Source: Candidatus Micrarchaeota archaeon (lineage in GTDB: Archaea; Micrarchaeota; Micrarchaeia; Anstonellales; Bilamarchaeaceae). Taken from it: a stretch of DNA of 64,000 bases. Positions within the stretch are counted from its first letter, which is position 1. Every line of letters begins with the position of its first letter. The position numbers were made by a program, and so were the translations under genes. This document shows positions 18,269-26,993 of the stretch, piece after piece. The notes beneath the pieces were generated by a model. The model searched no databases and was not told where the DNA came from. It saw only the letters and a list, made by a program, of their open reading frames with translations. The stretch is taken from NCBI GenBank assembly GCA_018812625.1, contig JAHJDH010000025.1:13726-77725 (forward strand). The letters are read 5' to 3'.

Positions 18269-18446
18269 AATCAAATTCCGTCGGAAAAACTGTTTATATA
18301 TGTTTCTGTACATCTATATTCAGGTATGGTGGGTGAAAATTCTAACGTGTTCTATTTGCCTAAATCTACTGTTATCCCTCCAATTCAAAAAAACAAATCC
18401 ATTTCTACATCTAAAATGCGCTTATTGATACTATGAGGAAAACTAT

Positions 18447-21400
18447 ATGGCTGGAAAACCAAGAGGTCCGAAACAACTGTCTCATGCTGAAAAAGACCTA
18501 ATTCCAACTTCTCTGGCAAAGGCTAAAAAATTCGGCTCGCGCGATACTCAAAGCGAATCCTATTGCATTCTTCCAGCTCATCTTTGTCAAGATATTCTAT
18601 CTACAGTATATGATGCTATTGTTGTAACCAATTCTAAAGGCAGAATTGTTTCATGGAATCCTGCTGCAACAAGGGTTTTTGGTTATGATCCTGACGAAGT
18701 TGTTGGGGAGCCAATATCCATCATAATGCCTCCTGACTCCAAAGAGGCATTTAGATTAAGATCACAAGAAAACGGATTTGCTCCTCCCCATTCTTTTGAT
18801 AAACCTGTGGAGCTCTCCGGTCTTGCCAAAAACGGAAGTATTGTTCCAATAGAACTTACCATTGTTCCCTGGAATCGGGGAGATGAAGTATATTTTGTCA
18901 GTACTATCCGGGATATTAGTGAAAGAAAAGGAGCAGAGCTCTTATTACTGGAGAGTGAGCAACTTCAATCTGCCTTATATGGTGTCATGCGTGAGGGCGT
19001 ATGCATTCATGAACTAATTTTTGATGATGATGGAGTTCCTATAGATTATCAGATACTTGATGCTAATCCGGCATATTCCAAACTAACCGAAATTCCTTCT
19101 AGTGTTGCAGTAGGTTCTCTTGCTTCTGAGCTCTATGGGCCTGGTCCCCCATTCCTTGATATTTATGCTGAAGTTGCAACTACTGGAGTTTCCCAGGATT
19201 TTGAAATCACATGGACGCCTCAAAACAAAACATTTCATGTTTCTGTTTTTTCACTTAGAGCAGATCAATTCGCAACGGTGTTTGCTGATATTACTGCAAG
19301 AAAACGTGCAGAAGAAGCTCTAACGAGTAGTGAAACAAGATACCGGACTCTTTTTGAAAGCACTCACGATGCCAGTATGACTCTGAGTCCTCCTACTTGG
19401 AAATTTACTAGCGGTAACCACGCAGCATTGAATTTATTTGGTGTTGAAGATGTCGAATCATTTACTTCAAATCCTCCCTGGGCATATTCTCCTAAATTTC
19501 AACCTGATGGTCAATCTTCCCGCGAGAAGGCAAGGGAAATGATACAAAAAGCCATGTCTGATGGTTCTGCATTCTTTGAGTGGACTCACAAAAAACCCAC
19601 TGGCCAAGAGTTTCCAGCCACAGTCTTACTCACACGCATGGAATTAGATGACAAGCTCATGCTTCAGGCTGTGGTAAGAGACATTACTGAACAGAAGCTG
19701 GCCGAAGAATCATTAGCCCGAAACGAAGAGAGGATGACAAAAATAGCTCAGGTCTTTTCAACTCTTGGAAGCAACACTGGAGAAAACATTCAGAAACTAA
19801 CTGCACTTTGCGGCGAACTCCTTGATGCTGATTGTGCGCTCTATAATTGTCTTGAGGGGGATGTGCTTTGTTCTTTGGGAACCTGGAATGTTCCTGATGA
19901 TTATGAAGTAGTCTCTCAGGCAGAAGGCCATATCTGCTCTGATCTTATTTCCTATCCTCCAGACGGTGGCCAGCATGTTGTTTCTAATCTTCTATCTTCG
20001 TCATATGCGGAAACTGATTCCAATGTAAGAAAGTATGGTCTGAAAACTTATCTTGGAAATTTGATCAGGTGTCAAGGCGAGCCCATCGGGACATTATGTG
20101 TTGTTTATACTTCTGATTATAAACCATCCAAAGCAGATCGAAAAATTCTCAGTATTATTGCTACTACCATCTCAGGCGAAGAGGAGCGCAGAATGGCCGA
20201 ATTGGCTCTTCGTGAGAGTGAAGAGCGATTCAGAGATCTTACTGAAGCTTTGCCTCAAACTGTTTATGAAACTGATCTGGAAGGACGCATCTCTTATGCT
20301 AACCCTCAGGCTTTCGAGACCTTTGGCTATCCCCCATCAATTATTGAAAGTGGCATAACTCTTGCCAATCTCATTTCTCAAAAAGACTGGCCTCGCCTTT
20401 CTGATTCCATATCTGCTCTTCGCTCTGGGGGGCACACTTCTGGAAAGGAATATCTGGCTGTTAGATCAGATGGCACAACATTTCCCATTGTAGTTTATAC
20501 TCGTACTAAAAAAAGAGATAATCGTATCATTGGTTTTAGGGGAATTGCAGTAGATATTACTGAGCGCAGAAAATTAGAAGTTGAGATGCAAAGAAATGCC
20601 AAAATGAAAGCAGTGGGTCGTTTAGCCGGCGGAATCGCGCATGATTTTAACAACCTGCTCATGGTCATGGTTGGAAATGCTTCTTTGGCCGGAGTGCTAA
20701 CCGAACCGAGTGATGATGAAGAGCGGGCAAAAGTTCTAAGCGAAATCGAGAGGGTCGGGAAAGAGGCAAAGGCACTAACTGATCAGCTTCTTACCTTTGC
20801 CAAAGGGGGAAGCCCTGTCAAAGAAACAGCATCTATGGTTGAACTTCTCGAAGAAACCTCGCAACTTATGCTCAGGGGATCCAATGTTATTGCAAAACAT
20901 AATCACCCAAGCGATCTTTGGCCTGTTGATATTGACCGGAGCCAAATTGGCCAGGTTGTTCAAAATCTTGTTGTGAACGCAGATCAATCCATGCCAGAAG
21001 GCGGCACAATACTTCTTTCTTCTCGCAATATATCCAATCCCCCAAACTTGCCTCTAGGTGATTATATAGAGCTATCATTTACTGATACTGGAATCGGAAT
21101 CCGTTCAAATGAACTGGAAGAAATCTTCGAACCGTTTTACACAACTAAAGATAAGGGACATGGTCTTGGTCTTGCAACTACCTACAGAATAGTCAAAAAT
21201 CATGGCGGAGATATTCATGTAAAATCAAAATTGGGCAAAGGATCAACATTCACGGTCTACCTTCCTGCGAAACCCGGAGCAGTACCTATTCCAAGCTACA
21301 CCCCACCTTCTAATTTAACTACTGGCAATGCCAGGATATTGCTGATGGATGACGAGCCTTCTGTTCGAAATTCCGCATCGCGAATGCTCCAAAGACTTGG

Positions 21401-21710
21401 ATATTCGTGTACGTCTGCTATTGATGGTGCTGATGCTATAGAGCAGTATCGCAGTGCTCTTTCTGACAATGCTTTTGATCTGGTTATTCTGGATCTAACT
21501 GTGCCTGGTGGAATGGGTGGCGTCGAGGCTCTAAAAAGACTTCAGGAAATAGATCCTAATGTTCTGGCTATTGCTTCTAGCGGGTATACAAATGATGATA
21601 CGATGGCTCATCCAAAGACCAGTGGGTTTGCCGGTGTGCTTCCCAAACCCTATAGTCTTCAGAGAATCTCAGATATAGTTGCACAAACCCTCAGAAAACA
21701 AACTTCTTAA
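18447..21710 (+). CDS. hybrid sensor histidine kinase: multiple PAS/GAF domains + HisKA + HATPase + C-terminal receiver
   Basis: H-box 'AHDFNNLLMVMVGN', N/G boxes 'NLVVNADQSM' and 'DTGIGI...GHGLGL', REC 'ILLMDDEPSVRN...DLVILDLTVPGGMGG'. Several PAS-like repeats with 'RDITERK' junctions. Confidence 0.85.
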   Translation: MAGKPRGPKQLSHAEKDLIPTSLAKAKKFGSRDTQSESYCILPAHLCQDILSTVYDAIVVTNSKGRIVSWNPAATRVFGYDPDEVVGEPISIIMPPDSKEAFRLRSQENGFAPPHSFDKPVELSGLAKNGSIVPIELTIVPWNRGDEVYFVSTIRDISERKGAELLLLESEQLQSALYGVMREGVCIHELIFDDDGVPIDYQILDANPAYSKLTEIPSSVAVGSLASELYGPGPPFLDIYAEVATTGVSQDFEITWTPQNKTFHVSVFSLRADQFATVFADITARKRAEEALTSSETRYRTLFESTHDASMTLSPPTWKFTSGNHAALNLFGVEDVESFTSNPPWAYSPKFQPDGQSSREKAREMIQKAMSDGSAFFEWTHKKPTGQEFPATVLLTRMELDDKLMLQAVVRDITEQKLAEESLARNEERMTKIAQVFSTLGSNTGENIQKLTALCGELLDADCALYNCLEGDVLCSLGTWNVPDDYEVVSQAEGHICSDLISYPPDGGQHVVSNLLSSSYAETDSNVRKYGLKTYLGNLIRCQGEPIGTLCVVYTSDYKPSKADRKILSIIATTISGEEERRMAELALRESEERFRDLTEALPQTVYETDLEGRISYANPQAFETFGYPPSIIESGITLANLISQKDWPRLSDSISALRSGGHTSGKEYLAVRSDGTTFPIVVYTRTKKRDNRIIGFRGIAVDITERRKLEVEMQRNAKMKAVGRLAGGIAHDFNNLLMVMVGNASLAGVLTEPSDDEERAKVLSEIERVGKEAKALTDQLLTFAKGGSPVKETASMVELLEETSQLMLRGSNVIAKHNHPSDLWPVDIDRSQIGQVVQNLVVNADQSMPEGGTILLSSRNISNPPNLPLGDYIELSFTDTGIGIRSNELEEIFEPFYTTKDKGHGLGLATTYRIVKNHGGDIHVKSKLGKGSTFTVYLPAKPGAVPIPSYTPPSNLTTGNARILLMDDEPSVRNSASRMLQRLGYSCTSAIDGADAIEQYRSALSDNAFDLVILDLTVPGGMGGVEALKRLQEIDPNVLAIASSGYTNDDTMAHPKTSGFAGVLPKPYSLQRISDIVAQTLRKQTS

Positions 21711-21735
21711 TTAGTTTACAATAAATTATTTATCG

Positions 21736-21906
21736 ATGGAAAAATTATATCTACCAATCTCTTTCATTTCTTTTGGAATCGTGATTCTACTTATTGCAAT
21801 TACTGGAATGATGGGCCCATTCAGTGTCTATCTCCTTGTATTTGGCACTATCTTTGTTATCGCCGGATTTCATTTTTGGAAAAAGAACCTAAGCCCTTCC
21901 TCCTAA
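21736..21906 (+). CDS. possible 56-aa two-TM membrane peptide (below the ORF-track cutoff)
   Basis: ATG at 21736. 'MEKLYLPISFISFGIVILLIAITGMMGPFSVYLLVFGTIFVIAGFHFWKK' is hydrophobic. It converges on and overlaps the next gene's end by 18 nt. Confidence 0.2.
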   Translation: MEKLYLPISFISFGIVILLIAITGMMGPFSVYLLVFGTIFVIAGFHFWKKNLSPSS

Positions 21907-23388
21907 TCTCAGTGCAGCTAATAATGCAAAAATTGAGAATATTAAAATTGCTGACATGCAGCTTCCGCTTCCAGATGGTACGTTTCCGTATGTTTCTGGA
22001 ACAGTGACCTCTCCTCCTTCTGCGAAACTTTGCATCTCAGCAGCAGTTGCAGTGCCCACACTGTCTGCTCCTGGAGATACTCCAGGATAAATATACAAAT
22101 GTTGTCCTCCGTTCACTTGTGCTGCATTTTCCGGAGCTTCAATAAGTCCCGAGAGAACTGTTCCTTTCATTACAATTAATGTTTCTGGCATGCTCTCATC
22201 CTCCGGAACAATAACCTTGAACTCTGTTCCTTTTACTACATGATATCCAAGCCTCCCCAAAACTCTAAAGTCATGTTTTACTTCAACTTCTATTGCTCCC
22301 TTTTTGAGCTTGATTTCATTTTTGAAATACTGAATCCTAAATGGCCCTTTCAAAACAACTGCCGTATCATCACTATACATTATTGTAACTGTTTCTCCGC
22401 TATGAACTTCAAATTCATCTCCTTCCATTGTTTCATATGCATTGTATCCCTCATCCCAATCACTTCCAATAATCTGGCCATTTCTCCAAAGAGTTGCTCC
22501 TCCTTTTTTAATTAGTAAATTTGTTAGGTTTGGTGATGGGTAAACTGTTACTGTTTTTGTTCCAAGTCTTCTTCCTTCAGAATCGTATGCAGTTGCAGTA
22601 ATGATTGTAGATTTGCCTTCAGTTATTTTTACTCCTTCTAAACTAAATTTATTTGAATTTGAATCAAAACCCGCTTGCATTGGCGTTGCAAGTGTGGTAC
22701 TTATTGTTACTCTACTAACCTGGTGTGAAGAGCTGGAAGCAACACTTCCCTCAACATCAACAAGTACGTATCCTTGTTTTCCAGTATCAAACCTTGCTCC
22801 ATTTGTTGGAGAATCTATTGTAACACTTAATGGATCTGCATCCTCGCAGTTTGTTCCTGCAGAATTACATTTCCATACGCATTGGCCTTTTGTGTAGCCG
22901 CATACATATCCATCTGAACTGCTATTGTCCTCTATACATCTTCCATCGTAGTAAAGCGATGGTAGATTATTTTCGTATTGGCATGCAGAAGGACAAGAAA
23001 CATCAGCACAAACTCCTTCTGGTATCTCTTCTTCATAATCATTTTTCGGCCCATCTGAAAATGGCGAAGGGCTTCCTTCCCAATGGCTTCCGCATTCATT
23101 CATGCACGTGCCCATACATCTGGCAATACTTTCCTTGTTATATCCGCTTCCTGATTCTCCTGCATACTGCATACAGGCAACATCATCTGATCCTTTTACG
23201 GATCCTAAAAACAGAAGCATGCACCCTGGCATTTTGTCGCATTCATTGACCTTGCCCGGCAGGAGTTCCATTATTGCGCCTCCATGCTTGTAGCAGCATG
23301 TGTTCATGCAAGAATCAAGGCATTGTGAAAATGCAGGAGTTACTAGTGCCAGTATTATCAGTATTATGATGAAAATGCGCATGGGCAT
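21889..23388 (-). CDS. secreted Met/Cys-rich surface protein with C-terminal TM anchor
   Basis: Signal peptide 'MPMRIFIIILIILALVTPAFS'. The N-terminal 120 aa is dense in Cys and Met ('CLDSCMNTCCYKHGG', 'CMGTCMNECG'). Central beta-rich region. C-terminal 'SAILIFSIFALLAALRLGGRA' anchor. Confidence 0.6.
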   Translation of the reverse strand: MPMRIFIIILIILALVTPAFSQCLDSCMNTCCYKHGGAIMELLPGKVNECDKMPGCMLLFLGSVKGSDDVACMQYAGESGSGYNKESIARCMGTCMNECGSHWEGSPSPFSDGPKNDYEEEIPEGVCADVSCPSACQYENNLPSLYYDGRCIEDNSSSDGYVCGYTKGQCVWKCNSAGTNCEDADPLSVTIDSPTNGARFDTGKQGYVLVDVEGSVASSSSHQVSRVTISTTLATPMQAGFDSNSNKFSLEGVKITEGKSTIITATAYDSEGRRLGTKTVTVYPSPNLTNLLIKKGGATLWRNGQIIGSDWDEGYNAYETMEGDEFEVHSGETVTIMYSDDTAVVLKGPFRIQYFKNEIKLKKGAIEVEVKHDFRVLGRLGYHVVKGTEFKVIVPEDESMPETLIVMKGTVLSGLIEAPENAAQVNGGQHLYIYPGVSPGADSVGTATAAEMQSFAEGGEVTVPETYGNVPSGSGSCMSAILIFSIFALLAALRLGGRA

Positions 23389-23523
23389 AATATAATCATG
23401 AATCTTATAGCCTTTTCGCAAGATCTTTTACTTTCTTGCATGGTATTGCTGCGAATCTAATCCATGCCATACAATTAGAATTGGAGAAAAAAAGTTATGA
23501 AAATTTTGGTAGAGCAGTATCAA

Positions 23524-23766
23524 TTATTTTTTTCCTTTTTTTAATGCTAGAACTAAGTGCAGGATAACCAGCAAGATGAATGGAATCGTTAGTGCCTCAT
23601 GCATCACAAAAGCAGTACTTTTTGATATGAGGCCAAATGTGATGCTATCAATAATCTGGAATTTCGTGATTCCATATCCCGAGATTATCATGAGTAATGT
23701 GACTGCAGCAAGAAGCCATTGGACTATAGTTTTGATTTTCGTTCTATCAATCGATGAAGCTTTCAT
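23524..23766 (-). CDS. small 2-TM membrane protein with a His-x13-His helix (candidate minimal b-type heme-binding unit)
   Basis: TM2 'AFVMHEALTIPFILLVILHLVLAL' has His residues 14 positions apart. That is the spacing of bis-heme ligands in cytochrome b / ferric-reductase helices. It overlaps the MsrP-like gene by 20 nt. Confidence 0.45.
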   Translation of the reverse strand: MKASSIDRTKIKTIVQWLLAAVTLLMIISGYGITKFQIIDSITFGLISKSTAFVMHEALTIPFILLVILHLVLALKKGKK

Positions 23767-24421
23767 TCAAATTTCCCTCGTCTGAATATCCTCTTCTCTC
23801 CCAATATCCCTGGTAGTTCTCATTATCTGAAAACTCGATCTCAGTAATCCATTTGATCCACTTGTATCCCCATTTGCTCTCAGCTACAAGTTGGAATGGA
23901 TACCCTCTCTCAGGCGGGATAGTCACATTGTTCATACTGTGGGCCATAATGATATCATTATCATAGAAGTATTCAATTGGAAACGAGGTTGTATATCCGT
24001 CTTGGGCATGGAATATGATTGTGTTCGCATTTTCCTTTGGGCTTGCCTTGGATATGATGTCTCGGACAAGAATTCCCTCCCAGAGAATATTTACGCTCCA
24101 GCCTTCTACACAGTCGAGTCTTACTACCTTTTCGTAGCTTTGAAATCCATCAACAATCTCAGTGTAGGTATATTCTGTTGGATTCTCTACAAGGCCACTC
24201 ACTTTCAACTTGTAACTACTTTCATTGATGTACTGTGGGCCCTTTATCGAGTTCTCTCTAAAATTATTAATCGAAGAAAGATCTTCTCCTTCATATTCTT
24301 TTACTTGCACTCCTTCAAGTCTCTCTGGTGAAATGCTCTCTTGAACGCATCCATATACAAGAATAAGAATCCCTACAAAAAGAAGGATTTTTGTGAATCC
24401 AAGACTACTGTTTCTATCCAT
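23747..24421 (-). CDS. MsrP/YedY-like molybdopterin-oxidoreductase-domain lipoprotein
   Basis: 'DCVEGWSVNILWEG' matches the MsrP 'RCVEAWSMVVPW' Mo-ligand Cys motif. 'GYPFQLVAESKWGYKWIKWI' matches '[20 protein letters not shown]'. N-terminal lipobox-like 'LVYGC'. No twin-arginine motif. Confidence 0.65.
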   Translation of the reverse strand: MDRNSSLGFTKILLFVGILILVYGCVQESISPERLEGVQVKEYEGEDLSSINNFRENSIKGPQYINESSYKLKVSGLVENPTEYTYTEIVDGFQSYEKVVRLDCVEGWSVNILWEGILVRDIISKASPKENANTIIFHAQDGYTTSFPIEYFYDNDIIMAHSMNNVTIPPERGYPFQLVAESKWGYKWIKWITEIEFSDNENYQGYWERRGYSDEGNLNESFID

Positions 24422-24486
24422 GTTTTCTATATCTTCCTTTGTTTTATTAATTAATTCTATTCCTGTAAAAAAATTAAAAAGAAAAG

Positions 24487-25122
24487 TTATTGATCTGGTC
24501 CTGGAACACAGTAGCTGTCAACACAAACATTTCCTTCACTACAACCCATATCTGTAGTACACTCAACGCAGATATGATATTCTGCAGATATATCGCCATC
24601 ACTGTGACCCGTCATTATGCAGTCTCGCTGTCCTGCTTCACAAGTCGGGCAGTCTATTTCACAGTGCATCATGTTGATAGTGCACTCTGGAAATTCCTCA
24701 TACAATTCTGTTTCTGAATAGCAGTTGCCATTGAAACAATGATTTCCTTCTGGACAGGAACTTGAAAATACACATTCTTGAGTAACACAGAATCCATATT
24801 CGCACTCTTCATCCTTTGACCATGCGCAATCATAATCATCTTCGCATTCTGCTCCCCATTTTACTTCCCCAGAAACAGGCGCAGTTTCTCCAGTTCCAGA
24901 ATCTTCTTCATCTTCTTCGCCTGGAGTTTCTTCTTCAACTGGAACATCCTCAACAGGAGTACTATCCTCGTCTACTTCCTGAGTGTCATCCTCTGCGTTT
25001 TGAGTATCCTCATCAGTTTCAACAACTACATCTCCATCTACAGTTGTTTCTGAGCTGGTTACACATCCTAGCAGCATGCTTGAGCAAAATACAAAAATCA
25101 ATAAACCATATATCGTTCTCAT
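24487..25122 (-). CDS. secreted lipoprotein with an acidic linker and Cys-rich C-terminal domain
   Basis: 'LLGC' lipobox-like, a D/E-rich tract of about 70 aa, then 24 Cys in 110 aa. Confidence 0.5.
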   Translation of the reverse strand: MRTIYGLLIFVFCSSMLLGCVTSSETTVDGDVVVETDEDTQNAEDDTQEVDEDSTPVEDVPVEEETPGEEDEEDSGTGETAPVSGEVKWGAECEDDYDCAWSKDEECEYGFCVTQECVFSSSCPEGNHCFNGNCYSETELYEEFPECTINMMHCEIDCPTCEAGQRDCIMTGHSDGDISAEYHICVECTTDMGCSEGNVCVDSYCVPGPDQ

Positions 25123-25308
25123 TGTTTCACCTCGCTATCTAAAAATTTACGAATGAAAACAAGTAAAAACATGCCTAATACAAGAAACCTGATTATTCTT
25201 TGGTTGGGCTTCCTTTCTTCAGAATTATCGTGCTTGGATCTGTCCAGCTGCAATATGCTTCTTCTCTTCCCTAAAGCACAGAAACCAGTTAAGTTTGGCA
25301 CAGGACCA

Positions 25309-25905
25309 TCACTGATCACAGTTTTTCTTGCATTCGTCTTCTTTATCATAGCAGACCAAGAAGCAGCTATCTTTCTTCTTTTTTGCCGCATCATCGCACC
25401 AATAATGATCATCAGAGCCCGGGGTATGCGCTGTGAGGCAATCTGCCTCCTCGCTTTTCATGATATTGTAGCATGATTCCTTGCATGATGATTCGGTTGC
25501 TGCACAGCCTTCCCTGCATTTTTTTACTGTACCGTTGGCTCTCCAGTCAGAGAGTATCTCGTCGATAGCCCTACCAGTCTGGTCTCCGGTAACTTTAAGG
25601 ATGCAACTGTATTTTGCAGCTTCATCTGAACTAAGGTCACAGTATTTTAAGCTCCTTTTATCCGATGCATATTCTCCTACGCAATTGTTCCTGTCAGCAG
25701 CCTGGAGGCATACATTCGGGTTTTCCATCTTGCTGGCAACTTCGGCAAAACATCTGTTGATATCATTCTTTTCCTCAAGGCCATTACACAATGCAGGATT
25801 GTTGCTGTCTATTGCCTGGTCAATTTTTTCATTGACTGGATTGGTGCAGCCATATAGTAGCAAAAACACAAGAAATATTGGTATAATGAGAATCCTGGAG
25901 TTCAT
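25309..25905 (-). CDS. secreted Cys-rich lipoprotein
   Basis: 'LLYGC' lipobox-like signal, followed by 18 Cys and many Lys/Asp. Confidence 0.5.
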   Translation of the reverse strand: MNSRILIIPIFLVFLLLYGCTNPVNEKIDQAIDSNNPALCNGLEEKNDINRCFAEVASKMENPNVCLQAADRNNCVGEYASDKRSLKYCDLSSDEAAKYSCILKVTGDQTGRAIDEILSDWRANGTVKKCREGCAATESSCKESCYNIMKSEEADCLTAHTPGSDDHYWCDDAAKKKKDSCFLVCYDKEDECKKNCDQ

Positions 25906-26021
25906 AGTCCAGAATCAGCAATCATGATTTAATTTCTTTCTGTCTCTTCAGCCCAGAAAACTATGACAGATCGCACGTAGGCAAGATTTTGCGCTCATTT
26001 TGGAAGCTTGGCAATTATGGT

Positions 26022-26717
26022 TCACCATATAAAAGGAATCAGACGGTATCTTGTTTTTCTGCAGTATTCCACATATCCAGGCAGGTCGCGCCTGAGCACT
26101 TCCTCCTCATTCAAAATGCGCAATACTATAACTGGGATAAGCAGAATAAATGCGGGCACAGCTACATAAGAGCCAAGTGCAATTGGGGTTGCCATATACA
26201 TGACCAGTGTCCCGACATACATCGGATGCCTGACAACAGAATATGGTCCGGTTGATATGACTCTCTGGCCTTTGTCGACCTGGACTGTGCGCCCAGCGTA
26301 ACCGTTTTCCCTGAACACCAAAAAGATTAGCAAGTACCCTAGGAAGACAAAAACATCTGCGACGATGGAAATTTCATGTGGCACAAGAGACCATCCAAAA
26401 CGGTAATCAAATCCTGGGATGAGGAAGGCAATTATGAACATCAACGCTGATACTTTGATGATGAGCCCCTGCCTGGCCTCACTTTCCTTTGTTCTCATTC
26501 TCCGCTCCAAGAATGCCGGGTCCTTTTTCAGGAAATAGAGAACTACAAAAGAGGCAGGCACAACCAATATCGCGATATATACCCAGGCCTGCCAGTAGTC
26601 GAGGGTGCCAGCCGGTCCAAATAGAAAAATCCCCAGGATAACCGGTGTTGCTAATAAAGCAAGAAAGATTTTCTTCTTCAATGCAGTCGCATCCATGAAG
26701 TCAATTTCCTTTAACAA
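26022..26717 (-). CDS. isoprenylcysteine carboxyl methyltransferase (ICMT)/phospholipid methyltransferase-family membrane protein
   Basis: Multi-TM protein with C-terminal 'VISTGPYSVVRHPMYVGTLVMY', the ICMT/PEMT SAM-binding signature. Confidence 0.7.
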   Translation of the reverse strand: MLKEIDFMDATALKKKIFLALLATPVILGIFLFGPAGTLDYWQAWVYIAILVVPASFVVLYFLKKDPAFLERRMRTKESEARQGLIIKVSALMFIIAFLIPGFDYRFGWSLVPHEISIVADVFVFLGYLLIFLVFRENGYAGRTVQVDKGQRVISTGPYSVVRHPMYVGTLVMYMATPIALGSYVAVPAFILLIPVIVLRILNEEEVLRRDLPGYVEYCRKTRYRLIPFIW

Positions 26718-26786
26718 TATAAAAATCTGCTGTGCATGGAAGAGCCAGAACTAACTCCTAATATTCCAAAGCGAACATGTATTTTG

Positions 26787-26857
26787 TGTCAGACCGCACG
26801 TCAACCTTCACCGTTTTTGCCGTGGCCGGGTTTCCCCTGGTCTGATTAATACTGACA
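26787..26857. other. GC-rich nested inverted-repeat element in an AT-rich intergenic region (candidate structured RNA or terminator)
   Basis: TGTCAGACC...GGTCTG...CTGACA arms enclose a 43-nt GC-rich core. It lies between the pckA 3' end and the ICMT-like gene's 5' end. Confidence 0.3.
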
Positions 26858-26993
26858 TACTAATCAAACACTAGCTTAGGGCTAGACTCAGTGATCACCT
26901 TGATCATCATCCACAGACTAATTATGATCTTTTGTCTTTTAATTCTGCTCATTCTGCTGGCATTCTCACTTCTCGGGAAATGATCAATGAAGA

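Noticed and set aside
22240-23293. Plus-strand ORFs antisense to the Met/Cys-rich surface protein gene.
   Set aside because: They have no signal or motifs and are fully contained within the opposite-strand gene. The minus-strand reading has a signal peptide and a C-terminal anchor.
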